In this document: positions 24,541 through 33,546 of the stretch, piece by piece
How the letters are laid out: each line of letters starts with the position of its first letter
Position numbering within the stretch: the stretch's first letter is position 1
Assembly (NCBI GenBank): GCA_902826515.1
Contig: CADEFD010000001.1
Location: 3,011 to 67,010 of the forward strand
Source of the DNA: an uncultured Acidobacteriota bacterium
GTDB lineage: Bacteria; Acidobacteriota; Vicinamibacteria; Vicinamibacterales; UBA2999
Reading direction: 5' to 3'
Length of the DNA stretch: 64,000 nt
Notes under the pieces: generated by a model
Told to the model about the DNA's origin: nothing
The model's database searches: none
Seen by the model: the letters and a program-made list of their open reading frames with translations, nothing else
Position numbers and translations under genes: made by a program

Positions 24541-26244
24541 TTATGCCTCGGACGCGCGGGCATTGCCGCCGGTGAGCGCGCTCACGACGAGGCCGATCAC
24601 GTAGACCGCCACGGCGCCGACGACGTTCAGCCAGAGGAACTCGACCTTCGTCTGCGTGGCCACGTAGCCCACGGCGAGCATGCCGCCGATGAGGCCCACG
24701 AAGGCGCCGTGTCCGTTGGCGCGGGTCGAGCCGATCGCCAGCACGAACACGCCGAGGATCGAACCGTAGAAGTAGGACCCGAAGCGGTTCACCACTTCGA
24801 TGAGCGAGCCGAGTTCCGCGGCATAGATCGCGACCACGCTCGCGAAGACGCCCCAGAGGCCGACCGCCGCACGCGACACCCACAGCAGCTGCCCGTCGGT
24901 CGCATCCGCCGACCACCAGCGCCGGTAGAAGTCGATGACCGTGGCGGTCGAGAGCGAGGCGAGTTCGGCGGAAATCGTCGACATCGCGGCGGCGAGAATC
25001 GCCGCGATGAGCAGGCCGACGAGTCCCACCGGCAGGTGCGTGAGCACGAAGGTCGGGAACACGTAGTTGACGTCGTTGTAGGCGCCGTCGCCCGACACCG
25101 CCTTCACGATGTCCACGGCAGCGGCGCGGGCCGCCTTCACATCGGCGGCGGCGGCATTGAACGCCGCGGAGTACTCGGCGATGCCGGCCGCGTCATCCGC
25201 CTTCTGCACACGGGTGAGGTTGGCGGCCGCCTCGCGCTGCTGCTCGAAGGCCGCGGTGAAACGCTGCTCGGTGGCGGCGTAGTCGGCCGCCCGCGGACTC
25301 GCCTTCACCTGCGCCTCGTGCGCGGCGTTGAAGAGCATGGGCGGCGGCGTGAAGATGTAGAACACGAACATCAGGATGCCGACGATGAGCACGAGCGCCT
25401 GGAGCGGAATCTTCCAGTAGGCGCTCATGAGCAGCGACGTCCGCGCTTCGTCCACCGACTTGGCCGTGAGGTAGCGCTGCACCTGGCTCTGATCCGTGCC
25501 GAAATACGAGCAGAACAGGAAGAAGGCCGCGATGGTGCCCGACCAGAACGTGTACTTCTCGGTAAGGTCGAAACGGAAGTCGAAGGTCTGCATGCGGCCG
25601 GTCGTGCCGGCGAGCGACAAGGCGTCGCCGAGGCCGATGCCGTCGGGCAGCCCCATCACCAGCATCACCACCGCCGCCAGCAGCCCGCCCACGATGAGCA
25701 CCATCTGCTTCACGTCCGTCCACGCCACGGCCTGCACGCCGCCGAACATCGTGTAGAACGCCGTGGGCAGGGCGAGCAGCAGGCAGGTGCTCGTGACGCT
25801 CAGCCCGAGCATCACCGACAGCACGACAGCGGGCGCGGAGATGACCACGCCCGTCGCCATCGCCCGCGAGACGAGGAACAGGAACGAGGTGAGCGTGCGC
25901 GTCTTGGCGTCGAAGCGGCGCTCGAGATATTCGTACGCCGTGTAGACACGGGCGTTGTGGAAGAACGGCACCAGCGTGACCGAGAGCACGATCATCGCGA
26001 TGGGCAGCGCGAAGTAGAACTGGAGGAACTTCATGCCCTCCGCGTAGCCCTGCCCGGTCGTGCCGATCATCGTGATGGCCGAGAGCTGCGTGGCCATCAC
26101 CGACAGGCCCACCGCCCACCAGGGCAGGCTGCGGCCGGCCAGCAGATACCCTTCGAGGCCCGCGGTCTTCTTCGAGAGGCGCAGGCCGTCCCACGCAATC
26201 CAGAGAAGGTAGGCGCCGATGATGAACCAGTCGATGGGATGCAT
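24541..26244 (-). CDS. Sodium:solute symporter family (SSF) transporter
   Basis: MHPIDWFIIGAYLLWIAWDGLRLSKKTAGLEGYLLAGRSLPWWAVGLSVMATQLSAITMIGTTGQGY..., with about 13 hydrophobic spans typical of SSF/SLC5. Confidence 0.9.
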   Translation of the reverse strand: MHPIDWFIIGAYLLWIAWDGLRLSKKTAGLEGYLLAGRSLPWWAVGLSVMATQLSAITMIGTTGQGYAEGMKFLQFYFALPIAMIVLSVTLVPFFHNARVYTAYEYLERRFDAKTRTLTSFLFLVSRAMATGVVISAPAVVLSVMLGLSVTSTCLLLALPTAFYTMFGGVQAVAWTDVKQMVLIVGGLLAAVVMLVMGLPDGIGLGDALSLAGTTGRMQTFDFRFDLTEKYTFWSGTIAAFFLFCSYFGTDQSQVQRYLTAKSVDEARTSLLMSAYWKIPLQALVLIVGILMFVFYIFTPPPMLFNAAHEAQVKASPRAADYAATEQRFTAAFEQQREAAANLTRVQKADDAAGIAEYSAAFNAAAADVKAARAAAVDIVKAVSGDGAYNDVNYVFPTFVLTHLPVGLVGLLIAAILAAAMSTISAELASLSTATVIDFYRRWWSADATDGQLLWVSRAAVGLWGVFASVVAIYAAELGSLIEVVNRFGSYFYGSILGVFVLAIGSTRANGHGAFVGLIGGMLAVGYVATQTKVEFLWLNVVGAVAVYVIGLVVSALTGGNARASEA

Positions 26245-26248
26245 GGAG

Positions 26249-26278
26249 CAGGGACTAGGGAACAGGGACCAGGGACCA
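26249..26278 (+). repeat. Heptad G-tract repeat (CAGGGAC TAGGGAA CAGGGAC CAGGGAC), second copy
   Basis: GGG at 26251, 26258, 26265 and 26272. It lies immediately upstream of the symporter ATG at 26244, so the mRNA 5' leader carries the C-rich strand TCCCTGG TCCCTGT TCCCTAG TCCCTGC. Confidence 0.85.
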
Positions 26279-26310
26279 GAACGGACTGCGTCGGCTGGCG
26301 CGTGACGGCG

Positions 26311-26406
26311 TCACGGCGTAAAGAACTCCTGCAGAGCGTAGAGCGCGACGAGCACGGCCACCCAGGCCGCGGCGACGCGCACGTATTGCTGCTGCATCGA
26401 TGTCAT
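26311..26406 (-). CDS. Possible 31-aa single-TM mini-protein between the lyase and the symporter
   Basis: My translation: MTSMQQQYVRVAAAWVAVLVALYALQEFFTP. Its ATG overlaps the ArgH-like stop (ATGA), which suggests translational coupling. An alternative start is at 26397. Confidence 0.4.
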   Translation of the reverse strand: MTSMQQQYVRVAAAWVAVLVALYALQEFFTP

Positions 26407-27857
26407 AACGCCTTCACCGCGCTCCGGAGTTGCTTCGCCGCCTGAGCGAGCGCGTCCTTCCGGCCCGTCCACCACGCGTCGTCAGCGGCGAGCGCCGCCC
26501 GCGACTGGGTAATGGCCTCGGTCGTGCGTTCCGGCGCCGGGCCGCCGTGGGTCCTGCGGATCTCGACGAAGTGGCGCGGGCTGAGCACTTTCTCGATGGC
26601 CGCTTCGTCGTAGGCGATCGGCGCGCCGAGCACCTCGGTGGACGCCTTCACCAGCAGGTCGGACATCATCGCCGCCGGCTGGTCGTTCTTGCCGCGGATC
26701 ACCTTGCCGGCGATCTTGTGGGCGGTGCCGAACGGCAGCCCGTGGTCCCGCGCCAGCGTGTCGGCCAGCTCGGTGATGGTCGTGCCGCCTTCACCGGCGC
26801 GCGCTTCCATGCGCTCGACGTTGAACTGGGCGTCCTTGAGGGCCGCGCCGACGATCGAGACCATGCGCAGGGCATCGCGGTACATCGAGGCGATGAGCGG
26901 CTGCAGGTCGTCTTCGGTGTCGTTGATGTCGCCGAACGGCGTGTTGTGCACGGCGGTGATGATCGCCTGCGCCTGGCCCACCGCCTGGCTGCCGATGCCG
27001 CGCGCGTGTTCGAGCGCGACCGGGTTGCGCTTCTGCGGCATGATGCTGCTCGACTGCACGAAGCCGTCGGCAAGCCGCAGGTAGCCGAATTCCATCGTGC
27101 CCCAGAGCAGCAGGTCCTGCACCACGCGGCCGAGGCCGACGATGGCGACGGCCGTGGCCGAGGCGCCTTCGAGCGCGTAGTCGAACGTGGCGATGCTGCC
27201 GTAGGTGTTGCCGGTGGGCGCGTCGAAGCCGAGCAGCGCGCTCGTGCGCTGGCGGTCGATCGGGAAGCCGGTGCCGGTGATGGCGCAGGCACCGAGCGGG
27301 TTCACGTTGGTCGAGCGGTAGGCCGCCTCGAGCCGCTTGCTGTCGCGTTCGAGCTGCTCGACGACGGCGAGCAGGTAGTGCGCCACCGTCATGACCTGCG
27401 CCGGCTGCGTGTGCGTGTGCGCGCCGTAGATCGTGTGGATGTGCTGCGCGGCCAGGCCGAGCAGCGCCGAACGCAGCCGCAGGATGCCGTGGCCGAGGGC
27501 GGCGATGCTGTCGCGCTGCCACATGCGATAGGTGGTCATCGCGATGTCGTTGCGGCTGCGGGCGGTGTGCAGGCGCCCGGCCACCTGCTCGCCGGCGGAT
27601 TCGGCGATGAGGTGCTCGAGGTAGAAGAACAGGTCCTCGTAGGTGCCGTCGAAGGGCACCTTCACGACCGCGGCGGTGGAGATGCCGTCGAGCGCCGCGC
27701 GCAGCACGCGGGCGTCGCCCTTCGACACGATGTGGCACTCGGTGAGCATCACCAGGTGCGCGTAGTGGATGTCCATGAGAGGCGCCAGCAGGTGGGTCTT
27801 GGCGTCCTCGAAGTTGTCGGTGAGTACGTGGGTGACGTACTCGGGGGCAAAGCGCAT
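26403..27857 (-). CDS. Argininosuccinate-lyase-family (fumarate lyase superfamily) protein
   Basis: ORF 26403..28481 trimmed to MRFAPEYVTHVL. Motifs seen: LHTARSRNDIAMT, THTQPAQ, and the signature SSIMPQKRNPVALE. The flanking genes are not arginine-biosynthesis genes, so it may be a paralog. Confidence 0.85.
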   Translation of the reverse strand: MRFAPEYVTHVLTDNFEDAKTHLLAPLMDIHYAHLVMLTECHIVSKGDARVLRAALDGISTAAVVKVPFDGTYEDLFFYLEHLIAESAGEQVAGRLHTARSRNDIAMTTYRMWQRDSIAALGHGILRLRSALLGLAAQHIHTIYGAHTHTQPAQVMTVAHYLLAVVEQLERDSKRLEAAYRSTNVNPLGACAITGTGFPIDRQRTSALLGFDAPTGNTYGSIATFDYALEGASATAVAIVGLGRVVQDLLLWGTMEFGYLRLADGFVQSSSIMPQKRNPVALEHARGIGSQAVGQAQAIITAVHNTPFGDINDTEDDLQPLIASMYRDALRMVSIVGAALKDAQFNVERMEARAGEGGTTITELADTLARDHGLPFGTAHKIAGKVIRGKNDQPAAMMSDLLVKASTEVLGAPIAYDEAAIEKVLSPRHFVEIRRTHGGPAPERTTEAITQSRAALAADDAWWTGRKDALAQAAKQLRSAVKAL

Positions 27858-27920
27858 TTTGAGCAGTATACTGCGCCCGGCCGACGGTCCCTGACGACCG
27901 CGCGCCGCCTGGAGGACGTC

Positions 27921-30407
27921 ATGCGGAAGACCGGTCTCGCCGCCCTGCTCGTCGTTGCCGCTCTCGTCATTGCGCCGCACGCGGCACACGCGCAGACGCC
28001 GCCCCAGGGCGCCCGCGCGGCCCTCGCCGTGCCCGGGCTGCGCCAGCCCGTCGAGGTCATCCGCGACCGCTGGGGCATCAATCACATCTACGCGCAGAAC
28101 GAAGACGACCTGTTCATGGCGCAGGGTTATCTCGCGGCGAAGGACCGCCTGTTCCAGTTCGAGATCTGGCGGCGGCGGGCCACCGGCACGGTGGCCGAGA
28201 TCCTCGGGCCGCGCGAGCTCACGCGCGACATCGGCACGCGCCTGCACAAGTTCCGCGGCAACCTCGACGCCGAGCTCAACCATTACCATCCGCGCGGCAA
28301 ATCGATCGTCGAGGCGTACGTGCGCGGCGTGAATGCCTGGGTGGACGAAGCGATGCGCACGCCCGCGGCGCTGCCGATCGAGTTCCGCATGCTCGGCATC
28401 ACGCCGGGCAAATGGACGCCCGAGGTGGTCATCTCGCGCCACCAGGCGCTCACCTCGAATGTGGAGAACGAAGCCACGCACGTGCGCGCGCTCGCGGCCC
28501 TCGGAGCCGACCGCCTCAAGGACCTGCTGTGGCTGCAGGGCGGCGATCCGTCCCTGACGCTCGATCCCCTCATCGACCCGAAGACCTTCCCCGCCGACGT
28601 GCTGAAGACCTACACGGCCTTCCGCGACACCATCCGGTTCCAGCCCGAGGACATCGCGCCGGCGTATCGAGGCGAGGCGCGCGCCGCGCTCGACGACGCG
28701 GCCGGCGGCGACGCCGCGACGCTACTCGCAAGCGGCGACGGGCTCAGCCGGGTCATCGACACCGGCATCGGCTCGAACAACTGGATCGTGAGCGGTGCGA
28801 AGACGCAGAGCTCGATGCCGATCATGGCCAACGATCCGCATCGCGTCATCGAAGCGCCGTCGCTGCGCTACTGGGTACATCTCGTCGCGCCGGGCTGGAA
28901 CGTCATCGGCGGCGGCGAGCCGGTGCTGCCCGGCGTCTCGATCGGCCACAACGAATACGGCGCGTGGGGCCTCACGATCTTCGGCACCGACGCGGAAGAT
29001 CTCTACGTCTACGAGACCAACCCGGCCAACCCGAACGAATACCGCTACCAGGGCCGCTGGGAGGCGATGCGCGTCGTCGCGGAATCGATTCCGGTGAAGG
29101 GGCAGCCGGCCGCCACGGCCACGCTCAAGTTCACGAAACACGGGCCGGTGCTCCACGAAGACACCGCCAACCGCCGCGCCTATGCGCTCAGGGCCGGCTG
29201 GATGGAACAGGGCGGCGCGCCGTATCTCGCCAGCCTGCGCATGAACCAGGCGAAGAGCTGGGCCGAGTTCGTCGAGGCCTGCACGTTCAACCGCATGCCG
29301 TCGGAGAACATGGTGTGGGTCGACAGGACCGGCACCATCGGCTGGCAGGCGGCTGGCATCGCGCCGCTGCGCGCGTGGAGCGGCCTGCTGCCGGTGCCAG
29401 GTGACGGCCGCTTCGAGTGGGACGGCTACCTGCCCATCAACGCGCTGCCGAGCGAAGTGAACCCGGCGCGCGGGTTCGTGGCCACCGCCAACCACTATCT
29501 CTACCCGAACGACTTCGCGTATCCGAACGCCCGCCACTACACCTGGGCGGATCCGTATCGCGCGCACCGCATCGAGGAGGTGCTGGGCTCGGGCCGCCGC
29601 TTCAGCGTGGCCGAGATGACGCGGCTGCAGAACGACGACCTGTCGATTGCCGCCCGGGTGGTCGTGCCGCTGCTGCGCGACCTGCCGTTCACGAATCCCG
29701 CCGTGGCGAAAGCCCGCGATGCCGTCACCGCGTGGGACTTCGTGCTCGACAAGAACTCCGCCGCCGCGGCCGTCTACGTACTGTTCTCGCGCCGCCTGTT
29801 GACGGCCGTACGCGAGGCCTCGATTCCCGCCGCCGCGCGCGCGTCGGTGCCGCTCGGACTCATCAGCACCAAACGGGCCATCGACTTCCTGTGGGCGCCC
29901 GACAGCCGCTTCGGCGTCGACCCCACGAAGGGCCGTGACGCCATGGTCGCCGCGGCCTTCGAGCAGGGCGTGGCCGATGTGACGGCGCGTTTCGGCGCGG
30001 ACATGGCCGCCTGGAAGTGGGGCGACGAGAAGCTGCACCACGCGCTCATCCGCCACCCACTCTCGAACGTGGTGAACGCCGACACGAAGAAGAAGCTCGA
30101 GGTGGGCCCGTTCCCCCGTGGCGGCGACGGCACGACCGTGAGCGCCACCGGCGGGCAGGACAACCAGACCGGCGGCGGCTCGCTCAAGATCGTGGCCGAC
30201 ACCGAGAACTGGGACAACAGCGTGGGCCTCAACACGCCGGGCCAGTCGGGCGATCCCGACAGCCCGCATTACCGCGACCTCTTCGAGCTGTGGGCGCGTG
30301 GACGCTACTTCCCGGTCGCCTACTCGCGCGGCAAAGTGGAGTCGGTGGCCGAGACGACGACCACGCTGTCGCCAGGCGCGCCGGTGGCGTCGGGCCGCCC
30401 GCAGTAG
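27921..30407 (+). CDS. Penicillin-acylase-family (S45, Ntn hydrolase) protein, secreted
   Basis: ORF 26430..30407 trimmed to MRKTGLAALLVVAALVIAPHAAHAQ (GGAGG upstream). Motifs seen: VIRDRWGINHIYAQNEDDLFMAQGYLAAKDRLFQFE, and GIGSNNWIVSGAKTQSSMPIMANDPH (Ser nucleophile of the beta chain). Confidence 0.9.
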   Translation: MRKTGLAALLVVAALVIAPHAAHAQTPPQGARAALAVPGLRQPVEVIRDRWGINHIYAQNEDDLFMAQGYLAAKDRLFQFEIWRRRATGTVAEILGPRELTRDIGTRLHKFRGNLDAELNHYHPRGKSIVEAYVRGVNAWVDEAMRTPAALPIEFRMLGITPGKWTPEVVISRHQALTSNVENEATHVRALAALGADRLKDLLWLQGGDPSLTLDPLIDPKTFPADVLKTYTAFRDTIRFQPEDIAPAYRGEARAALDDAAGGDAATLLASGDGLSRVIDTGIGSNNWIVSGAKTQSSMPIMANDPHRVIEAPSLRYWVHLVAPGWNVIGGGEPVLPGVSIGHNEYGAWGLTIFGTDAEDLYVYETNPANPNEYRYQGRWEAMRVVAESIPVKGQPAATATLKFTKHGPVLHEDTANRRAYALRAGWMEQGGAPYLASLRMNQAKSWAEFVEACTFNRMPSENMVWVDRTGTIGWQAAGIAPLRAWSGLLPVPGDGRFEWDGYLPINALPSEVNPARGFVATANHYLYPNDFAYPNARHYTWADPYRAHRIEEVLGSGRRFSVAEMTRLQNDDLSIAARVVVPLLRDLPFTNPAVAKARDAVTAWDFVLDKNSAAAAVYVLFSRRLLTAVREASIPAAARASVPLGLISTKRAIDFLWAPDSRFGVDPTKGRDAMVAAAFEQGVADVTARFGADMAAWKWGDEKLHHALIRHPLSNVVNADTKKKLEVGPFPRGGDGTTVSATGGQDNQTGGGSLKIVADTENWDNSVGLNTPGQSGDPDSPHYRDLFELWARGRYFPVAYSRGKVESVAETTTTLSPGAPVASGRPQ

Positions 30408-30449
30408 CCGGCTGGCCCGGAGCCCCGGGCCCGGACTACGCTGGCGGGT

Positions 30450-31154
30450 ATGAACCTCCACGGAGCCACAGCACTCGTCACCGGCGGCAGCAGCGGCATC
30501 GGCTTCGCCATCGCAAAGACCCTGGCCGACGCCGGCGCCCGCGTTGCCATCACCGGGCGCGACCAGGACAAACTCGCCCGCGCCGCCGCCACCATCGGCG
30601 CGCACGCCATCCGCGCCGATGTCTCGGTGGAGGTGGACGTGCAGCGCACGATGGCAGACGTCACGTCCACCTTCGGCCACCTCGACATCCTCGTGAACAA
30701 CGCCGGCATCGGCGTGTTCAAACCGCTCGTCGCGCAGGACCTCGAGAGCTTCACCCGCGTCTTCGCCACCAACGTCACCGGCCCGATGCTGATGGGCCGG
30801 GAAGCGGCCCGCCACTTCGTGACCCGCCGGCGCGGCAACATCGTCAACATCGCCTCGACCGCCGGCACGCGCGGCGCCCCGAACGGCACGGCGTACTACG
30901 CGAGCAAGTTCGCGCTGCGGGGCATGACGGAATGCTGGCGCGGCGAGCTGCGCCAGCACAACGTGCGGGTGTTCCTCATCAACCCGAGCGAGGTGCTGAC
31001 GCCGTTCTTCGACAACATCGGGACGCCCCAGGCCGACAACCCGACCAAGCTGCACGCCGAAGACATCGCCCACGCGGTGAAGGCCGTGCTCGAGATGGAC
31101 GACCGGGGCTTCACGCCGGAGCTCTCGATCTTCGCGACCAACCCGCGCGACTGA
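30450..31154 (+). CDS. Short-chain dehydrogenase/reductase
   Basis: ALVTGGSSGIGFAIA (TGxxxGxG), NNAG, and SxxxxxxxxxxxxYxxxK in ASTAGTRGAPNGTAYYASKFAL. Confidence 0.92.
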   Translation: MNLHGATALVTGGSSGIGFAIAKTLADAGARVAITGRDQDKLARAAATIGAHAIRADVSVEVDVQRTMADVTSTFGHLDILVNNAGIGVFKPLVAQDLESFTRVFATNVTGPMLMGREAARHFVTRRRGNIVNIASTAGTRGAPNGTAYYASKFALRGMTECWRGELRQHNVRVFLINPSEVLTPFFDNIGTPQADNPTKLHAEDIAHAVKAVLEMDDRGFTPELSIFATNPRD

Positions 31155-31267
31155 GGCCGCGACCGGCCGGGACGCCGCCTCGCGGGACGGGGTGGCGCCC
31201 TTCGTCCGTGGATTCCGATCTCTCAGGTACGGCGTTCGGCTGCGCGGTCAGCCGGGAGGTACCTGGG

Positions 31268-33532
31268 ATGTCACGTCTTGCAGCTCTCACTCTCACCTGT
31301 GCGGTCTCTGCGCTGGTCGTCGTCACCGAGGCGAAGACCACCACGCAGCCCCCCGCGCGCAATCCGGGCGTGTCGACCCGGTGCGGCACCTTCTCCATCG
31401 ACCTGAACCTGTTCCTCGGGTCGGTGACCCTCTACGAACTCGACGACGAGGGCTGGGCCTGGGTGGACACGGCGCGGAAGATGCGCGCCGTCACCGGGGT
31501 GGCCGACGGCGTGAACATCGCCGCCATCGATTCGCCCTCGAACCACGACTCGCACGACCTCGACTTCCACCTGGTGGTCGATCCGGGCCAGGACGACCTG
31601 CTGAGCGTGCAGCCTTCCGACTATCTCGGCGTCGAGTGGGAAACCGGCATCCGCCCGTGGGAAAAGAGCGGCGATGGCGCGGCGCCGAGCTTCCCGAAGT
31701 GGATGTGGCCGGCCGACGGCGACCGGGTGTGGGCGGAGGGCAATTGGGTGTTCGACTGCGGCCACCCGGTGAACGGCCTCTACAAGACCGAGATCCACCC
31801 GCCGCGCGCCTTCGCATCGATGCGCGACCAGGCGGCGCCGCTTCCCGGCACCGGCCTCACGCCCGTGCCGGTCACGCGCACGGACCTCTACATCCACGGG
31901 CGCGGCGGCTTCGGCGTGCAGCAGCTCAACTGCGGCACGCACATCATCCTCGACAGCGAGCCCGACAACTGCGGACAGTCGTCGCCGCCGGCCGACCAGT
32001 CGTACAAGACCACGCCCATCGACGCCGACTACACCTTCGACGTGTGCCTGCCGCCGCGTCCCGCCCACGCCGTCTTCAGTCACGACGTGCAGGACGGCCC
32101 CCGCAACACCGTCACCGTGGCCCCGCTCGTGAGCCTCGTGCCCGCCGGCGGCGCCTGCGCCACGACGCCCGGGTTCGATCAGGCGTCGATGATGCGCGTC
32201 ACCGTGCCGCTCGCGGGCTCGGCCACGCCGCCCACGGCCGTCTACGCGCGCCACATCCTCGCCGGCTGGGTGGCCGCGCCGCCCACGCCGCTCGCGCAGC
32301 GCCGCGTGACCATCCGCTCGACCAACCTCACCGAGGACCACGACCTCGATCCGGGCGCTGGCGAGCTTTCGTTCTGGTGGGTCAACATCAACCGCGCCGC
32401 CAGCGGCTGGCTGCGCCTGGCCGACTTCGCCACCGGCAACATGAACGACTACGACGACGAGACCGGGTTCGGCGACGGCGAGATGGGCTATGCCAACGCG
32501 CGCGTGGACTTCTACCTGCGCGACGGCCACGACATCACCGTGCGCTCGCGCGGCTACGAGCAGGACTGTTACGACGCCGTCGGCGGCTTCAACCACCGCT
32601 TCAACCTGCTGCTCTACGCCGCCTGCGCGGTGGACATCCAGAACCAGGGGTCGGCCGACGAGCTGAGCAAGGGCAACATCACGTTCGCGCCCGACTTCTC
32701 CGGCCCTGACACGATGCGCGCCTCCGATTTCGACATGCGCGTGAGCGTCGATCACCTGCCGCTCGGGCTCGAAGACACGTCGTATCTCTCGACCGGCACG
32801 ACCTGCGCGCCGGCGGGCGAAGTAGCGCTCGTCGGCGAGCCGCTCACCTGCACGACGCGCGTGGACAACGCCGGTCCCGGCCTGCCGCGCGACGCCGTCT
32901 CCCGCACGAGCTTCGACGCGGCGCCAGCCGCCGCCGTGGCGACCGCGGCCACATGGGCCGTGCGCGCCCCGTGGGGCACGGGCGCACAGCCCTGCGAGGC
33001 CTTCGGCGCCGATGTCTTCTGCCGCGGCCTCATCCCGCCGGTCGTCGCCGCGGCGCCGGCCGTGGCGACGATTACCGCCACGCCCACCGCACCGGGCCTG
33101 CTCACGGTGCGCGCCAGCGTCACGACCGCTTCGAGCGACCCGGAGCCGGCCGACGACACCGCTACGACCACGGTAGACGTCTTCCTGCCGGTGACGCTCG
33201 ACGTGCTGCCGGGGGATGCCGTCAATGTGCTGAATCTCCACCGGCGCACCATCACGATCGCCGTGCGATCGACGGCGGCCTTCGACGCCACGACCATCGA
33301 TCCGGCCTCGGTGTGCTTCGGCGACCCCGACACGCCGGCGGAACGGGCCTGCGGCGACACCCACGGGCGCGGCCACGTCGAGGACGTGGATGGCGACGGG
33401 CTGCGCGACCTGCTCCTGCACGTGACCACGGCGGCCACCGGCCTCGACCGCGCCGACACGCGGGCCTGCCTGGCCGGCCGCACCACCCTCGGCATCGGCG
33501 TCTACGGCTGCGACGCCGTCGTCGTGAAGTGA
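31268..33532 (+). CDS. Large secreted hypothetical protein with an orphan Cys-containing N-terminal region, a DUF11-like repeat and a C-terminal beta-sandwich with a DxDGDG loop
   Basis: ORF 30017..33532 trimmed to MSRLAALTLTCAVSALVVVTEA. About 480 aa have no motif I recognise (for example WVFDCGHPVNGLYKTEIHPPRAF, LTEDHDLDPGAGELSFWWVNINRA). This is followed by LTCTTRVDNAGPGLPRDAV...SSDPEPADDTATTTVDV (DUF11-like) and HVEDVDGDGLRDLLLHV. Confidence 0.7.
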   Translation: MSRLAALTLTCAVSALVVVTEAKTTTQPPARNPGVSTRCGTFSIDLNLFLGSVTLYELDDEGWAWVDTARKMRAVTGVADGVNIAAIDSPSNHDSHDLDFHLVVDPGQDDLLSVQPSDYLGVEWETGIRPWEKSGDGAAPSFPKWMWPADGDRVWAEGNWVFDCGHPVNGLYKTEIHPPRAFASMRDQAAPLPGTGLTPVPVTRTDLYIHGRGGFGVQQLNCGTHIILDSEPDNCGQSSPPADQSYKTTPIDADYTFDVCLPPRPAHAVFSHDVQDGPRNTVTVAPLVSLVPAGGACATTPGFDQASMMRVTVPLAGSATPPTAVYARHILAGWVAAPPTPLAQRRVTIRSTNLTEDHDLDPGAGELSFWWVNINRAASGWLRLADFATGNMNDYDDETGFGDGEMGYANARVDFYLRDGHDITVRSRGYEQDCYDAVGGFNHRFNLLLYAACAVDIQNQGSADELSKGNITFAPDFSGPDTMRASDFDMRVSVDHLPLGLEDTSYLSTGTTCAPAGEVALVGEPLTCTTRVDNAGPGLPRDAVSRTSFDAAPAAAVATAATWAVRAPWGTGAQPCEAFGADVFCRGLIPPVVAAAPAVATITATPTAPGLLTVRASVTTASSDPEPADDTATTTVDVFLPVTLDVLPGDAVNVLNLHRRTITIAVRSTAAFDATTIDPASVCFGDPDTPAERACGDTHGRGHVEDVDGDGLRDLLLHVTTAATGLDRADTRACLAGRTTLGIGVYGCDAVVVK

Positions 33533-33546
33533 GGCGGGCGCCTGCG

